The notes beneath the pieces were generated by a model. The model ran no database searches. It was not told the DNA's origin and saw only the letters and a program-made list of their open reading frames with translations. From contig SVTC01000011.1 of the NCBI GenBank assembly GCA_015063985.1, positions 6,613-70,612 on the forward strand: a stretch of 64,000 bases of DNA, written 5' to 3'. Source of the DNA: Oscillospiraceae bacterium. GTDB taxonomy: Bacteria; Bacillota; Clostridia; Oscillospirales; SIG627. How positions within the stretch are numbered: the first letter of the stretch is position 1; every line of letters begins with the position of its first letter. The translations under genes and the position numbers were made by a program. Shown piece after piece: positions 46,198 through 55,334 of this stretch.

Positions 46198-48119
46198 CAG
46201 CTTATCCTTGATCCCACTTCAACGGCATCGTCAAGGAAGACCACCTTAACGTCCTCGTCGCCGCCCGCAAGTATCATTCCGAAGCTTTCCTCTCCGCAGA
46301 GCACCGCCTTCTTAAGGTTCGCAACCACGATGACCTTCTTGCCTATCATTTCCTCGGGGCTGTAGTAGAGCGCTATTCCGGACACGATCTGTCTCACTCC
46401 GTCGCCCATATCCACCTTAAGCTTCAGAAGCTTCTTGCTCTTCTTGATCTTTTCGCACTCCAGAACCTTTCCGCATCTGAGCTCGCACTTGAAGAAGTCG
46501 TCTATTCCGATCTCCTCCAGATGCTCTATCTCCTTCTTCTCCTCCACGGGCTCCTGCGCCTTCATCTGCTTTTCGTGGATCTCGTTAAGAAGCTTTTCCT
46601 CGTCCAATCTTGCAAAGAGCATAGGACACTCGCCCATAGCCTTTCCTGCCTCAAGCACTCCCAGCTCATCCTTCCAATCCTTACACTCAACTCCGAAGGC
46701 CGCTGCGATCTTCTGCGCTGTCTCGGGCAGGAAGGGGAACAGATGGATAGCCGCAAAGCGGATGACGTCCAGAAGATTATATATTACCGTCTCAAGGCGC
46801 TTCTTGCCCTCCTCGGTCTTTGCAAGCACCCAGGGCTCAGTCTCGTCTATATATTTATTGGCTCTGTGAAGTATCTCAAACACGCAATCTATCGCCTCTG
46901 CGGCTCTGTACTGCTCCATCTTTTCATAGCAAAGCTTTGCCTGCGCCTCTGCGGTGGCAAGCAGATCCTTATCCGTATCGTTAAGCTCGCCCCTGCAAGG
47001 TACTACACCGCCGAAATACTTCTTGGTCATTGCCAAGGTCCTGCTCACCAGATTGCCCAGATTATTGGCAAGCTCGGCATTATACTTCTTTATAACGTTC
47101 TCGTAGGTTATCATTCCGTCCTGGGCGTAAGGCATCTCACTGATAAGATAATATCTCACGCCGTCCACGCCAACGTATTCACTAAGCTCGTCGGCGTAAA
47201 TGGTGTTGCCCTTGGATTTACTCATCTTATCAAAGCCCGCCAAGAACCAGGGATGGGCAAACACCTGCTTGGGAAGCTCCTCGCCCAGCGCCATAAGGAT
47301 TATAGGCCAATAAATAGTATGGAATCTTAAAATATCCTTGCCGATAATGTGCACGTCGCATGGCCAATACCTTCTGTAAAGGTCGCCCTTCTCGTCTACG
47401 TCGTATCCCATCGCGGTGATATAATTGCTCAGAGCGTCTATCCACACGTATATAACGTGCTTGGGATCAAATTCCACGGGGATACCCCAGGTAAAGCTGG
47501 TTCTGGACACGCAAAGATCGCTGAGTCCGGGCTTTAAGAAGTTATTTATCATTTCCTTCTTTCTGGACTCGGGAGTGATAAAGTCGGGATTAGCCTCTAT
47601 ATGCTCCTCCAGGCGCTTCTGGTACTTACTCATCTTGAAGAAGTATGCCTCTTCCTTCGTCTCCTTTACCTGCGCTCCGCAATCGGGACACTTACCGTCG
47701 TTGAGCTGAGTCTGGGTATAAAAGGTCTCGCAGGGAGTGCAATACCATCCGGAATACTCGCCCTTATATATATCCCCCTGCTCATAAAGCTTGGTGAATA
47801 TCTTTGTTACCACCCTTTCGTGCTGCTCGTCGGTGGTACGTATGAATTTATCGTAGCTGGTGTTCATAAGATCCCAAATGCCCTTGATCTCACCCGCTAC
47901 CCTATCAACGTATGCCTTGGGCGCAATGCCCTCCTTCTCGGCGTATTCCTGGATCTTGATTCCGTGCTCGTCGGAGCCCGTCAGGAAAAATACGTCCTTT
48001 CCTATCATCCTCTTGAATCTTGCTATGGCATCGGTGAACACTATCTCATAGGTGTTTCCTATATGCGGCTTTCTTGAGGTATACGCTATCGCTGTTGTGA
48101 TATAAAACTTTTCTTTCAT
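46197..48119 (-). CDS. metG: Methionine--tRNA ligase with C-terminal tRNA-binding domain
   Basis: The HIGH-type motif (AYTSRKPHIGNTYE), KMSKS, the zinc knuckle CTPC...CPDCG, and an EMAP/Trbp111-like tail. Confidence 0.93.
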   Translation of the reverse strand: MKEKFYITTAIAYTSRKPHIGNTYEIVFTDAIARFKRMIGKDVFFLTGSDEHGIKIQEYAEKEGIAPKAYVDRVAGEIKGIWDLMNTSYDKFIRTTDEQHERVVTKIFTKLYEQGDIYKGEYSGWYCTPCETFYTQTQLNDGKCPDCGAQVKETKEEAYFFKMSKYQKRLEEHIEANPDFITPESRKKEMINNFLKPGLSDLCVSRTSFTWGIPVEFDPKHVIYVWIDALSNYITAMGYDVDEKGDLYRRYWPCDVHIIGKDILRFHTIYWPIILMALGEELPKQVFAHPWFLAGFDKMSKSKGNTIYADELSEYVGVDGVRYYLISEMPYAQDGMITYENVIKKYNAELANNLGNLVSRTLAMTKKYFGGVVPCRGELNDTDKDLLATAEAQAKLCYEKMEQYRAAEAIDCVFEILHRANKYIDETEPWVLAKTEEGKKRLETVIYNLLDVIRFAAIHLFPFLPETAQKIAAAFGVECKDWKDELGVLEAGKAMGECPMLFARLDEEKLLNEIHEKQMKAQEPVEEKKEIEHLEEIGIDDFFKCELRCGKVLECEKIKKSKKLLKLKVDMGDGVRQIVSGIALYYSPEEMIGKKVIVVANLKKAVLCGEESFGMILAGGDEDVKVVFLDDAVEVGSRIS

Positions 48120-48444
48120 TTCCTTTTTTCGGCAGGCGCTCCGAAAGCTAATGATTCTCCCTTCGCCCTACCATCCTCCTTGGGATTTTTTTATTAACTT
48201 ATATTATACACCCTTTTTAAAAAAATTACAACCCACCTTTTTGAAAAAAGGTGGGACCAAAAACTTTTATTGTCGATCAAGTTTGTGCATACATATCCCA
48301 CGACAGGGTTCTTAGCTCATATACGAAGATTTTCTTTTTGAAAAAACAAAGAAAGCCCGAAGAAGCGGCATAAAACCTGCTTTTCGAGCTTTTGCTTTTT
48401 AAAAAACCAAGGCGCCGTGCACAGCGCCTTGGCAAATGGGAGAA

Positions 48445-49764
48445 TTATCTGGATTTTACGTATTTGATGTTAGGATTGTAATAGTCTGCTGCTTCTTTTT
48501 GCAGCTCGTTATCACCGAACGCATTTTCGGAAACCTTGCAATCCTCGGGAATGTTTGTTATTTTGATAAAGGGCTTATAGGCTTCAGTTTTATTAGTAGG
48601 AGTTAAAATAGCATCTTCGGCAATATATTCAACACTGTCGGGAATCTCCAGCTCTAACAAGTTTTCCAAGCCGAGAATATTCCACGTTTCCAAGCTCTTA
48701 AGGGTAGACGGCAATTTAAGAGAAAGGATTTCTCTGTTGCAATGCTCGAACACATTTCCGTTTATACGGGTTACACCTTCGGGTATCTCAACATGACCAC
48801 CGATGCCAAGATACATCATTAAAACCCCGTCTATTATAACAAAATGCTCGGGGTCATTATCCACCACGTTTACGTTACTAAAAGCGCTTGTGTATTTCTC
48901 AAACATTTCATTATATTGAGCTTCGATTGAGGCAGTGTAATCGTTTACTTGCAAACCATAGCTACTACCAAAACAATACAGAGAATCTACATAATCTTCC
49001 CTATAGCCGGAAAGACTTATTGAATATTTTCCAACGAGATCAATCGTTTTTAAAGAAGGACAGTTATTAAAGGTACCTTCACAAATATAAAGCTCGGAAT
49101 TATTAATGTTTCCATTGATTTTTTCCAATACGGTATTTCCCGAAAATGCCTTTGACATAATGTGTTTGATGCTTCTATCAACTGTAAACTCTTTATTTGT
49201 TCCGTAATCGCTGTGGCTCCAGAGAACTCCGTTGCTCACAAAGCCACCGTCAATATACTCTACCAAACCATCTTCGGGCAATTCAAAGACAAAGCCGGGG
49301 TCAGCTTTCTTTTGTTCGCCGATCCATTGGTGAAGCTTGGAAAAGTAATCATATATAGCGTCTACCGTTTCTTCAATATTATAGATACTAATATAGCTAT
49401 CCAAGAGTGAATAATTTACAACAAGACTCTTCGTGACCAAATTTATCGCTTCGGCTACCTTGGGGTCTATATCACCAAAATCTTTATCGGGGTCATTTGC
49501 GATATCTTTAGAGAGTTTTTTTATTATTCTTTTTGCATCATCAAGAGTCATTTCTTCCTCTTGGGTAACAGGCTGATCGGAGGTTTCTTTTTGTTCTGTC
49601 GTTTCTTTTGTCAAAGGCAAGGTTTTATTTTCCGTTTTCTCAGAAGTGATCGGCTTTGTATTCGGCAATGTTTCAAGCGGCTTTGTCGGCTCGCTTCCCT
49701 GACAGGAAGTAAAAACGCTTAAAAGCATTACCGTGACCAAAAGTATTGACAATAATTTTTTCAT
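48445..49764 (-). CDS. Lipoprotein with BspA-type leucine-rich repeats
   Basis: I chose the start MKKLLSILLVTVMLLSVFTSC (lipobox), which follows AAGGAG. The LRR segments resemble AFSGNTVLEKI...FNNCPSLKTIDL and IPEGVTRINGNVFEHC...LKLPSTLKSL. Confidence 0.7.
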   Translation of the reverse strand: MKKLLSILLVTVMLLSVFTSCQGSEPTKPLETLPNTKPITSEKTENKTLPLTKETTEQKETSDQPVTQEEEMTLDDAKRIIKKLSKDIANDPDKDFGDIDPKVAEAINLVTKSLVVNYSLLDSYISIYNIEETVDAIYDYFSKLHQWIGEQKKADPGFVFELPEDGLVEYIDGGFVSNGVLWSHSDYGTNKEFTVDRSIKHIMSKAFSGNTVLEKINGNINNSELYICEGTFNNCPSLKTIDLVGKYSISLSGYREDYVDSLYCFGSSYGLQVNDYTASIEAQYNEMFEKYTSAFSNVNVVDNDPEHFVIIDGVLMMYLGIGGHVEIPEGVTRINGNVFEHCNREILSLKLPSTLKSLETWNILGLENLLELEIPDSVEYIAEDAILTPTNKTEAYKPFIKITNIPEDCKVSENAFGDNELQKEAADYYNPNIKYVKSR

Positions 49765-49908
49765 AATGCTGTTACTCCTTATAAGTGATAAAAATTTGAT
49801 AAAGTTGTGTTTCTTCATAACGGAATCGCCTCCTTTTTTAATTTTTTTATTTGTTGAAAAAACACAGGTTTCGGTCACAAATGAACCGTCGGCGTTTTAT
49901 CGCTCTAT

Positions 49909-49958
49909 ACTCTTATCGCCTCAAAGTGCCAAATTATCTATTCCTTGCCAAAAATTTT
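49909..49958 (-). promoter_or_regulatory. Conserved about 48-nt upstream motif, copy A (upstream of the LRR lipoprotein gene)
   Basis: The minus strand reads ...GGAATAGATAATTTGGCACTTTGAGGCGATAAGAGTAT. The same block recurs at 52459-52507 and 54138-54187. It contains TTGGCA-N17-TATAGA. Confidence 0.5.
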
Positions 49959-49964
49959 TAAATA

Positions 49965-49995
49965 AGAAAAAAAGGAGAGGTGCACCTCTCCTTTT
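49965..49995 (-). terminator. Terminator after the 237-aa lipoprotein gene
   Basis: The stem aaaggagagg/cctctccttt is followed by a U-run on the minus strand. Confidence 0.75.
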
Positions 49996-50001
49996 CGCGA
50001 T

Positions 50002-50715
50002 TTATACTTCTTTCAGCTTTTCAAGCTTGGCTCTTACGCTTTCACGCTGGTCGGAAGTTTCAAAATACACAGTTGTTTCTATATGCTCATTTAAAAGCTC
50101 ATAAGTTATTCCCGCTTCTTTATATTCCTCTACACTGTGCTCCACAAGCCATTCTCCCGTTATTACCTCTTCCCCTGCCAAAAATGCATTTATAAGGTAA
50201 TGGGAATAAAAGCCCGCCTTGTCTCCCGAATAGATCATATCTATTGCTCCTTCAAAGAACAACGGCTCTCCTAGTATTTCCTTTCTTCTTTGATCTAATT
50301 TCTCTATCTTTTCCCTCGGAATTCCCAGCTCTACTATTGCGGTATATGCATTATGCTCTATGCTATCCCTTGTTCCTTTGGGATTTACGTGCTCAAACTG
50401 CTGAGCCCATTCATCATACGCTTCTTGATATTCTTTCAATTTGCCGATAATTCCGCCGGGGTTTATATCCGGGCTCAAGCCTCTTGAATACCAGAATTCA
50501 CTTGTTCCCATATTTCCCCCCGTTGCGGGCGGTGCCACTGCGCCTGTGCTTGTGGGCGGTACAGTGCTTGTGGGCGGGGTGGCTGTTGTTGCCGGGGCTT
50601 CGATTGTCTTAGCCTCGGTTTCAGGCAAAGTCTTGGGGGCTTCCTGTCCTGCACAGCTTGCAAATATTGCGCATATCATCAATGCGGCAAGTATCAAAGT
50701 AATTATTCTTTTCAT
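50002..50715 (-). CDS. Lipoprotein whose C-terminal about 190 aa duplicate the anti-sigma extracytoplasmic domain
   Basis: MKRIITLILAALMICAIFASC is a signal peptide plus lipobox. From ATTATPPTSTVPP to KLEKLK the sequence is identical to the 52563-53567 product. Confidence 0.75.
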   Translation of the reverse strand: MKRIITLILAALMICAIFASCAGQEAPKTLPETEAKTIEAPATTATPPTSTVPPTSTGAVAPPATGGNMGTSEFWYSRGLSPDINPGGIIGKLKEYQEAYDEWAQQFEHVNPKGTRDSIEHNAYTAIVELGIPREKIEKLDQRRKEILGEPLFFEGAIDMIYSGDKAGFYSHYLINAFLAGEEVITGEWLVEHSVEEYKEAGITYELLNEHIETTVYFETSDQRESVRAKLEKLKEV

Positions 50716-50747
50716 TTCTCCATCTCTCCTTTCGGTTTAGTTTCGGC

Positions 50748-52318
50748 TTAGGTCACGTTAGACGTGGAATTTATAAAGTTTATATCCGGGTAAAACCTTT
50801 TAACGTTAATGCAATTTGTGTAATCGGGCCAGTTTGGCGAGTTGTTTCTGTTTGGACCGCTGAAAGCACTAAAGTGAAGATGTATTCCTCCCGTTCCGCT
50901 TTCTCCCCTATCTACATCGCCGGTGTTTCCTACCCTTCCCAACGCAGTTCCAGCAGTAACAATTTGTTCTTCCTCAACCATAACTGATCCAGCTACCATG
51001 TGTATACATGCAACTCGAATATCCCTTCCGTTAGAATCAAGAACTCCTGTTGATATCACAACTCCATATCCGGCATCGGCATCATTGTAAAAAGTTCTTA
51101 GAACAATACCATCAACCGGGCTATAAATCATATCACCCGATATTCCCGAGTCTGCAAAATCCACACCGTAGTGATTTGGTCTTGAAAAAGTTCTGTAATC
51201 GCTGGTTATTCTCAAATGAGGTTCGCTATCGGGGAATACCCACTGAAAACCCATATCTCCCAAAGGGTCCTTTTCTTCTATCAAGTTAAGATACCACCTT
51301 TGTTGCGAAGCTCCGCTATATCTCCAGGTTTGGATGGGTGTATTTGCCGAGGTGCTGGGTCCTCTCACGTCAAAAACCTGTTTTGCGCTGCAGGCTGCGG
51401 CAATTCTAAAGGTTCCTCCTGTTGACGGAATTATCCTGAACCTCTGAGCAACGCCGTCATTATCCGCTTGCAAAGCCAAATCGGTTCCGTTTGAATCCGC
51501 GCCGCCTACAACTCCTATCTGATATCCGGTGTTGTTATATGCCTTTATCTCGTAATATCCGTTTTCAAGATATACGATCTCCCATTTTTGAGTGTCGGCT
51601 GTAGAGCTTGCAGTCTGTACTATACTCGTCCCCGATCTTGAAAGATATAAATTGCTGTAAGCGCTTCGTATTTTGTACACACCTTCCGAGATCGGCATTT
51701 CCGTAAGCTGAGGCACCAATTCCCAAACTTGGTTCATGTTTGTGGAGCTGTAGGTCTGCATAAATACGTTGCCTGCAGAGGTTGAGCTTCTTCCCGAAGA
51801 ACTTCCGTCGGAGCTACCGTATGAAGTGAGAGCTTTGTTCAGATCATAATACGATACAATTATTATCCTTTGTGCTCCAACGCTGTCAATACGAAAGCAC
51901 TGATTCATTCCGCTTTCGAAATAATCCTTAAGCGCCACGTTGCTTCCGTTGGATATAACTCCCGCCGCCTCGCTGTCTATGCTCAAAAGCTTTCCGTTTC
52001 CGTTATTGCTACACAACGGATATATATTATATTATAATACTTTTCGAAGCTGTCATAGGAAAACTTAAACAATTGCATTTCCTGTCCATTCCTATCCTCT
52101 TGATAAATATTCGTGTCTTCGGTATAATTTGTACCTCCGCCATTTGGATAGGCTTTATGGACGTTTAAAAATTTTCCGCTGCCAACGTTTTTCAATGCGA
52201 ATATTCCGCCGTCGGGAATCCCTCCCGCTTCAACTGCTTCAACTGCTGCGCTTGCATTAAAACTAAAACATACAACACACAAAATAATAGCTGTAATTAC
52301 CGCGGTAAATTTCTTCAT
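50748..52318 (-). pseudogene. Secreted ricin-B-lectin / M23 (LytM-type) peptidoglycan endopeptidase gene split by a frameshift
   Basis: The 5' ORF (51983-52318) encodes a signal peptide and the first lectin segment. The 3' ORF (50748-52016) continues with QxW repeats (QVW, QKW, QRW) and the M23 motifs HYGVDF and GIHLHFS. The frames switch inside the AT-rich run near 52020-52040. Confidence 0.7.
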
Positions 52319-52458
52319 TTTTCTTTCTCCCTTCGATTTGTAAACAAAGTTTATTTTCCTCTTTTCTTTTCGTGTTTTTTGTTCAAGGAGAAAGCTTCAC
52401 CCGAACAAAAGCTTTACAAATAAACCATTGGCGTATACCTCTCTTTCTTTGTCTTCAT

Positions 52459-52507
52459 AGTCTTATCGCCTCAAAGTGCCAAATTATCTATTCCTTGCCA
52501 AAATTTT
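52459..52507 (-). promoter_or_regulatory. Conserved upstream motif, copy B (upstream of the ricin/M23 gene)
   Basis: It is nearly identical to copy A and lies inside the duplicated block. Confidence 0.5.
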
Positions 52508-52525
52508 TTCAAATTTTTTTTGCAT

Positions 52526-52555
52526 TACAAAAAGGAGAGGCGTACCTCTCCTTTT
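52526..52555 (-). terminator. Terminator after the anti-sigma-like gene
   Basis: The stem aaaggagagg/cctctccttt is followed by a U-run on the minus strand. It is the paralogue of the terminator at 49965-49995. Confidence 0.75.
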
Positions 52556-52562
52556 CGCTGTA

Positions 52563-53567
52563 TTATTTAAGCTTTTCCAGCTTCGCTCTTACGCTTTCAC
52601 GCTGGTCGGAAGTTTCAAAATACACAGTTGTTTCTATATGCTCATTTAAAAGCTCATAAGTTATTCCCGCTTCTTTATATTCCTCTACACTGTGCTCCAC
52701 AAGCCATTCTCCCGTTATTACCTCTTCCCCTGCCAAAAATGCATTTATAAGGTAATGGGAATAAAAGCCCGCCTTGTCTCCCGAATAGATCATATCTATT
52801 GCTCCTTCAAAGAACAACGGCTCTCCTAGTATTTCCTTTCTTCTTTGATCTAATTTCTCTATCTTTTCCCTCGGAATTCCCAGCTCTACTATTGCGGTAT
52901 ATGCATTATGCTCTATGCTATCCCTTGTTCCTTTGGGATTTACGTGCTCAAACTGCTGAGCCCATTCATCATACGCTTCTTGATATTCTTTCAATTTGCC
53001 GATAATTCCGCCGGGGTTTATATCCGGGCTCAAGCCTCTTGAATACCAGAATTCACTTGTTCCCATATTTCCCCCCGTTGCGGGCGGTGCCACTGCGCCT
53101 GTACTTGTGGGCGGTACAGTGCTTGTAGGCGGGGTCGCTGTTGTTGCGGGCGGTGTTGATGTTGTTGCGGGGGCAGAGCTTATTATCGAAGACGAGCCTT
53201 CGGAGCTAAAGGGATCTGTGGTCGGAACAACGGGAGCACCGTCGCCGATATGAGGAATCAGAAGCATCACCGAAACTATAATAGCAAAGGCTGCCGCCAT
53301 AGGCAAGATCCGCTTTACCGCAGGAAGCCATGCGCCGCCTTCAGCCAATTTCTTTTTCGGCAACGGCTTTCTTATTTTCTTCAGATGCTCCTGCAAAGCG
53401 CTGTCGCTTATTCCCTCCAAGCTTAGTCTGAGCTCTATCGCCTCATCGAGAAGTGCCGTGTCCTCGTCCGACTTATGCTCGGAAATTATCTTATCCAAAG
53501 CATTTTTAAGCTCATTTTCGTTTTCAATATTCCGAGCTTCCAAAAGCTCTTCAAGCTTACTATCCAT
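52563..53567 (-). CDS. Putative anti-sigma factor (single TM) with extracytoplasmic domain of unknown function
   Basis: It starts 15 nt after the ECF sigma stop. The layout is a cytoplasmic helical N-terminus, a TM helix (ILPMAAAFAIIVSVMLLIPHI), a Thr/Pro-rich linker and a C-terminal domain of about 175 aa. Confidence 0.6.
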   Translation of the reverse strand: MDSKLEELLEARNIENENELKNALDKIISEHKSDEDTALLDEAIELRLSLEGISDSALQEHLKKIRKPLPKKKLAEGGAWLPAVKRILPMAAAFAIIVSVMLLIPHIGDGAPVVPTTDPFSSEGSSSIISSAPATTSTPPATTATPPTSTVPPTSTGAVAPPATGGNMGTSEFWYSRGLSPDINPGGIIGKLKEYQEAYDEWAQQFEHVNPKGTRDSIEHNAYTAIVELGIPREKIEKLDQRRKEILGEPLFFEGAIDMIYSGDKAGFYSHYLINAFLAGEEVITGEWLVEHSVEEYKEAGITYELLNEHIETTVYFETSDQRESVRAKLEKLK

Positions 53568-53582
53568 TTCCTAAACCTGCTT

Positions 53583-54101
53583 TCATTGATTAAAAATATT
53601 GCTTATTTCTTGTCTTGCCAACTTTTCGGCTTTAATCAATCTCATTCGCAAAGCCGTATAAGACAGTCCCACTCTCTCAGCCACCTCACTGATGCTGAGC
53701 TTTTCCAAAAACCTGAGCTTAAAGGCTTCCCGTAATTCCGGCGGCAGTGCTTTTATGATCTGATCGAGGCTGTTTTCGGGGATGGTATCAAGCGCAAAAT
53801 ACTCATCCTCTTTACCTCCGAGCTCAGCCTCGGTCAGATCTTCGAAAGAAGAAAGCTTTTTTGACTGTTTTGACTTTTTCTTCAGTGCTCTGCGTATCAA
53901 ATTATCGGCAGTTCTATAAAGCCAGGTTCTGATTCCCTTTTCCTTATCAAGAGAATCCCATTTTTCAAAAAGGATTATCAAACTATCGTTATACACTTCA
54001 TCGGCAAGATGAACGTCAAAGGAAGCTTCCACAAGGCAATAGCGATACAATGCCGAGCCATGCAACTCGACCAGCTTTTCAAATATCAACTCGTCAAACA
54101 T
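53583..54101 (-). CDS. ECF-type sigma-70 family RNA polymerase sigma factor
   Basis: Region 2 (GIRTWLYRTADNLIRR) and the region 4 HTH (LSISEVAERVGLSYTALRMRLIKAEKLAR) in a 172-aa protein. A GAGGTG ribosome binding site precedes the start. Confidence 0.85.
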   Translation of the reverse strand: MFDELIFEKLVELHGSALYRYCLVEASFDVHLADEVYNDSLIILFEKWDSLDKEKGIRTWLYRTADNLIRRALKKKSKQSKKLSSFEDLTEAELGGKEDEYFALDTIPENSLDQIIKALPPELREAFKLRFLEKLSISEVAERVGLSYTALRMRLIKAEKLARQEISNIFNQ

Positions 54102-54137
54102 ATCTCTACACCTCGCGCTTGTGTCTTTCCCTCTCCA

Positions 54138-54187
54138 TACTCTTATCGCCTTAAAATACCAAATTATCTATTGCTTTCAAAAATTTT
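54138..54187 (-). promoter_or_regulatory. Conserved upstream motif, copy C (upstream of the ECF sigma gene)
   Basis: The minus strand reads GCAATAGATAATTTGGTATTTTAAGGCGATAAGAGTATGGAG, ending about 36 nt before the sigma ATG. It lies outside the duplicated block. Confidence 0.5.
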
Positions 54188-54440
54188 TTTATTTTTTCCT
54201 ACCTTTTTGAAAAAAGGTAGGTCCAAAAACTTTCAATGTCTTCCACCTTTTTGAAAAAACCGAGGAACATCAGATTTTATATAAAATAACGCATCGAGCA
54301 CTATGTTTGCACTACACAGCATCGAATTAAAAGTTTTTTGCCCCTCTTTTTTTCAAAAAAGAGGGCGGGGCTTGGGGCAGAGCCCCATAAAAAACACAAA
54401 CGGGTATGGGGCAGCGCCCCATATATGATCCTTATAAGCC

Positions 54441-55334
54441 TCAGATCTTCAAGCCCAAAAGATCAACAAAAGCGCCGCAAATAATGCCCACAACAATAAG
54501 ATAAGCCAGAACACCAAAATTCTGCTTCAAGGAACGGTTGGTTTTAAAGAGCACCAGCAATCCCACACCGCTTCCCGAAAGCAAGCCCGATATCATAGCA
54601 CCGAAGCTGATGCTTCCCTCCAAAGCAAGAGAGGTTATCAAAACAGAGGAAGCGCAATTGGGTATTAAGCCAACTAAAGAACTGATAGGATATGCCAACC
54701 AAGGAACAGAGGAAAAGAAACCGGCAATAAAATCCTCGGACACGATCTCTATCGCCGCGCCCATCACCAGATTAAAAACAAAAATGAAAAGAAAGACCTG
54801 AAAAGTATGCTTCAAAGCGGAGCGAAGCACACCTCTGCTGTGGCAGTTACAGCCCTCGTGCTCGCAAAGCTCCTCCACGGTGCTGTGGCCGCGATCCTTC
54901 TTCAAAAGCTTCAGCGCAAAATCGAGAGCAAATCCGAAAAGTAATGCGGCAACAAACTTAACGGCGAGAGTGATGCCGATCGCCGAGGCAGGCACGGAAT
55001 TTGAGATCATTACGGGAAGCATTTCATCGCCCGTGGAAAGAAAAACCGCCACAAGAGTGCCCGCGGTAACAAGACCGCCGGAATAAAGCCCCGCAACAGC
55101 CGCGCCGAATCCGCACTGAGGCAAAAGTCCCAAGGCAGCACCCGCCGCGGGAGCAAAGCCCTTGCAGGAGCTTATCATCCCCACCGTGCGCTCCTTTGCC
55201 CTATGCTCCACAAATTCCATAACAAGATAGCTCAAAAAGAGAAAGGGTAAAAGCTTCAGGGAATCCAAAACAGCGTGCTCCAGCAAATGGCTCAAGCCGT
55301 GAAGTGTAAACAGCTCAAAAAACCGCTCCTTCAT
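54441..55334 (-). CDS. Polytopic membrane protein, putative metal-ion exporter
   Basis: About 8-10 TM segments, including GLLPQCGFGAAVAGLY and FLSTGDEMLP, plus the Cys/His-rich loop CEHEGCNCH. Its ATG overlaps the Fur-family stop (ATGA). Confidence 0.5.
   Translation of the reverse strand: MKERFFELFTLHGLSHLLEHAVLDSLKLLPFLFLSYLVMEFVEHRAKERTVGMISSCKGFAPAAGAALGLLPQCGFGAAVAGLYSGGLVTAGTLVAVFLSTGDEMLPVMISNSVPASAIGITLAVKFVAALLFGFALDFALKLLKKDRGHSTVEELCEHEGCNCHSRGVLRSALKHTFQVFLFIFVFNLVMGAAIEIVSEDFIAGFFSSVPWLAYPISSLVGLIPNCASSVLITSLALEGSISFGAMISGLLSGSGVGLLVLFKTNRSLKQNFGVLAYLIVVGIICGAFVDLLGLKI

Noticed and set aside
48120-48200. Possible T-box or other riboswitch in the metG leader
   Set aside because: There is no T-box consensus (GGTGGTACCGCG-like) and no specifier-loop architecture of the kind seen upstream of pheS. 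Only generic hairpins are present.
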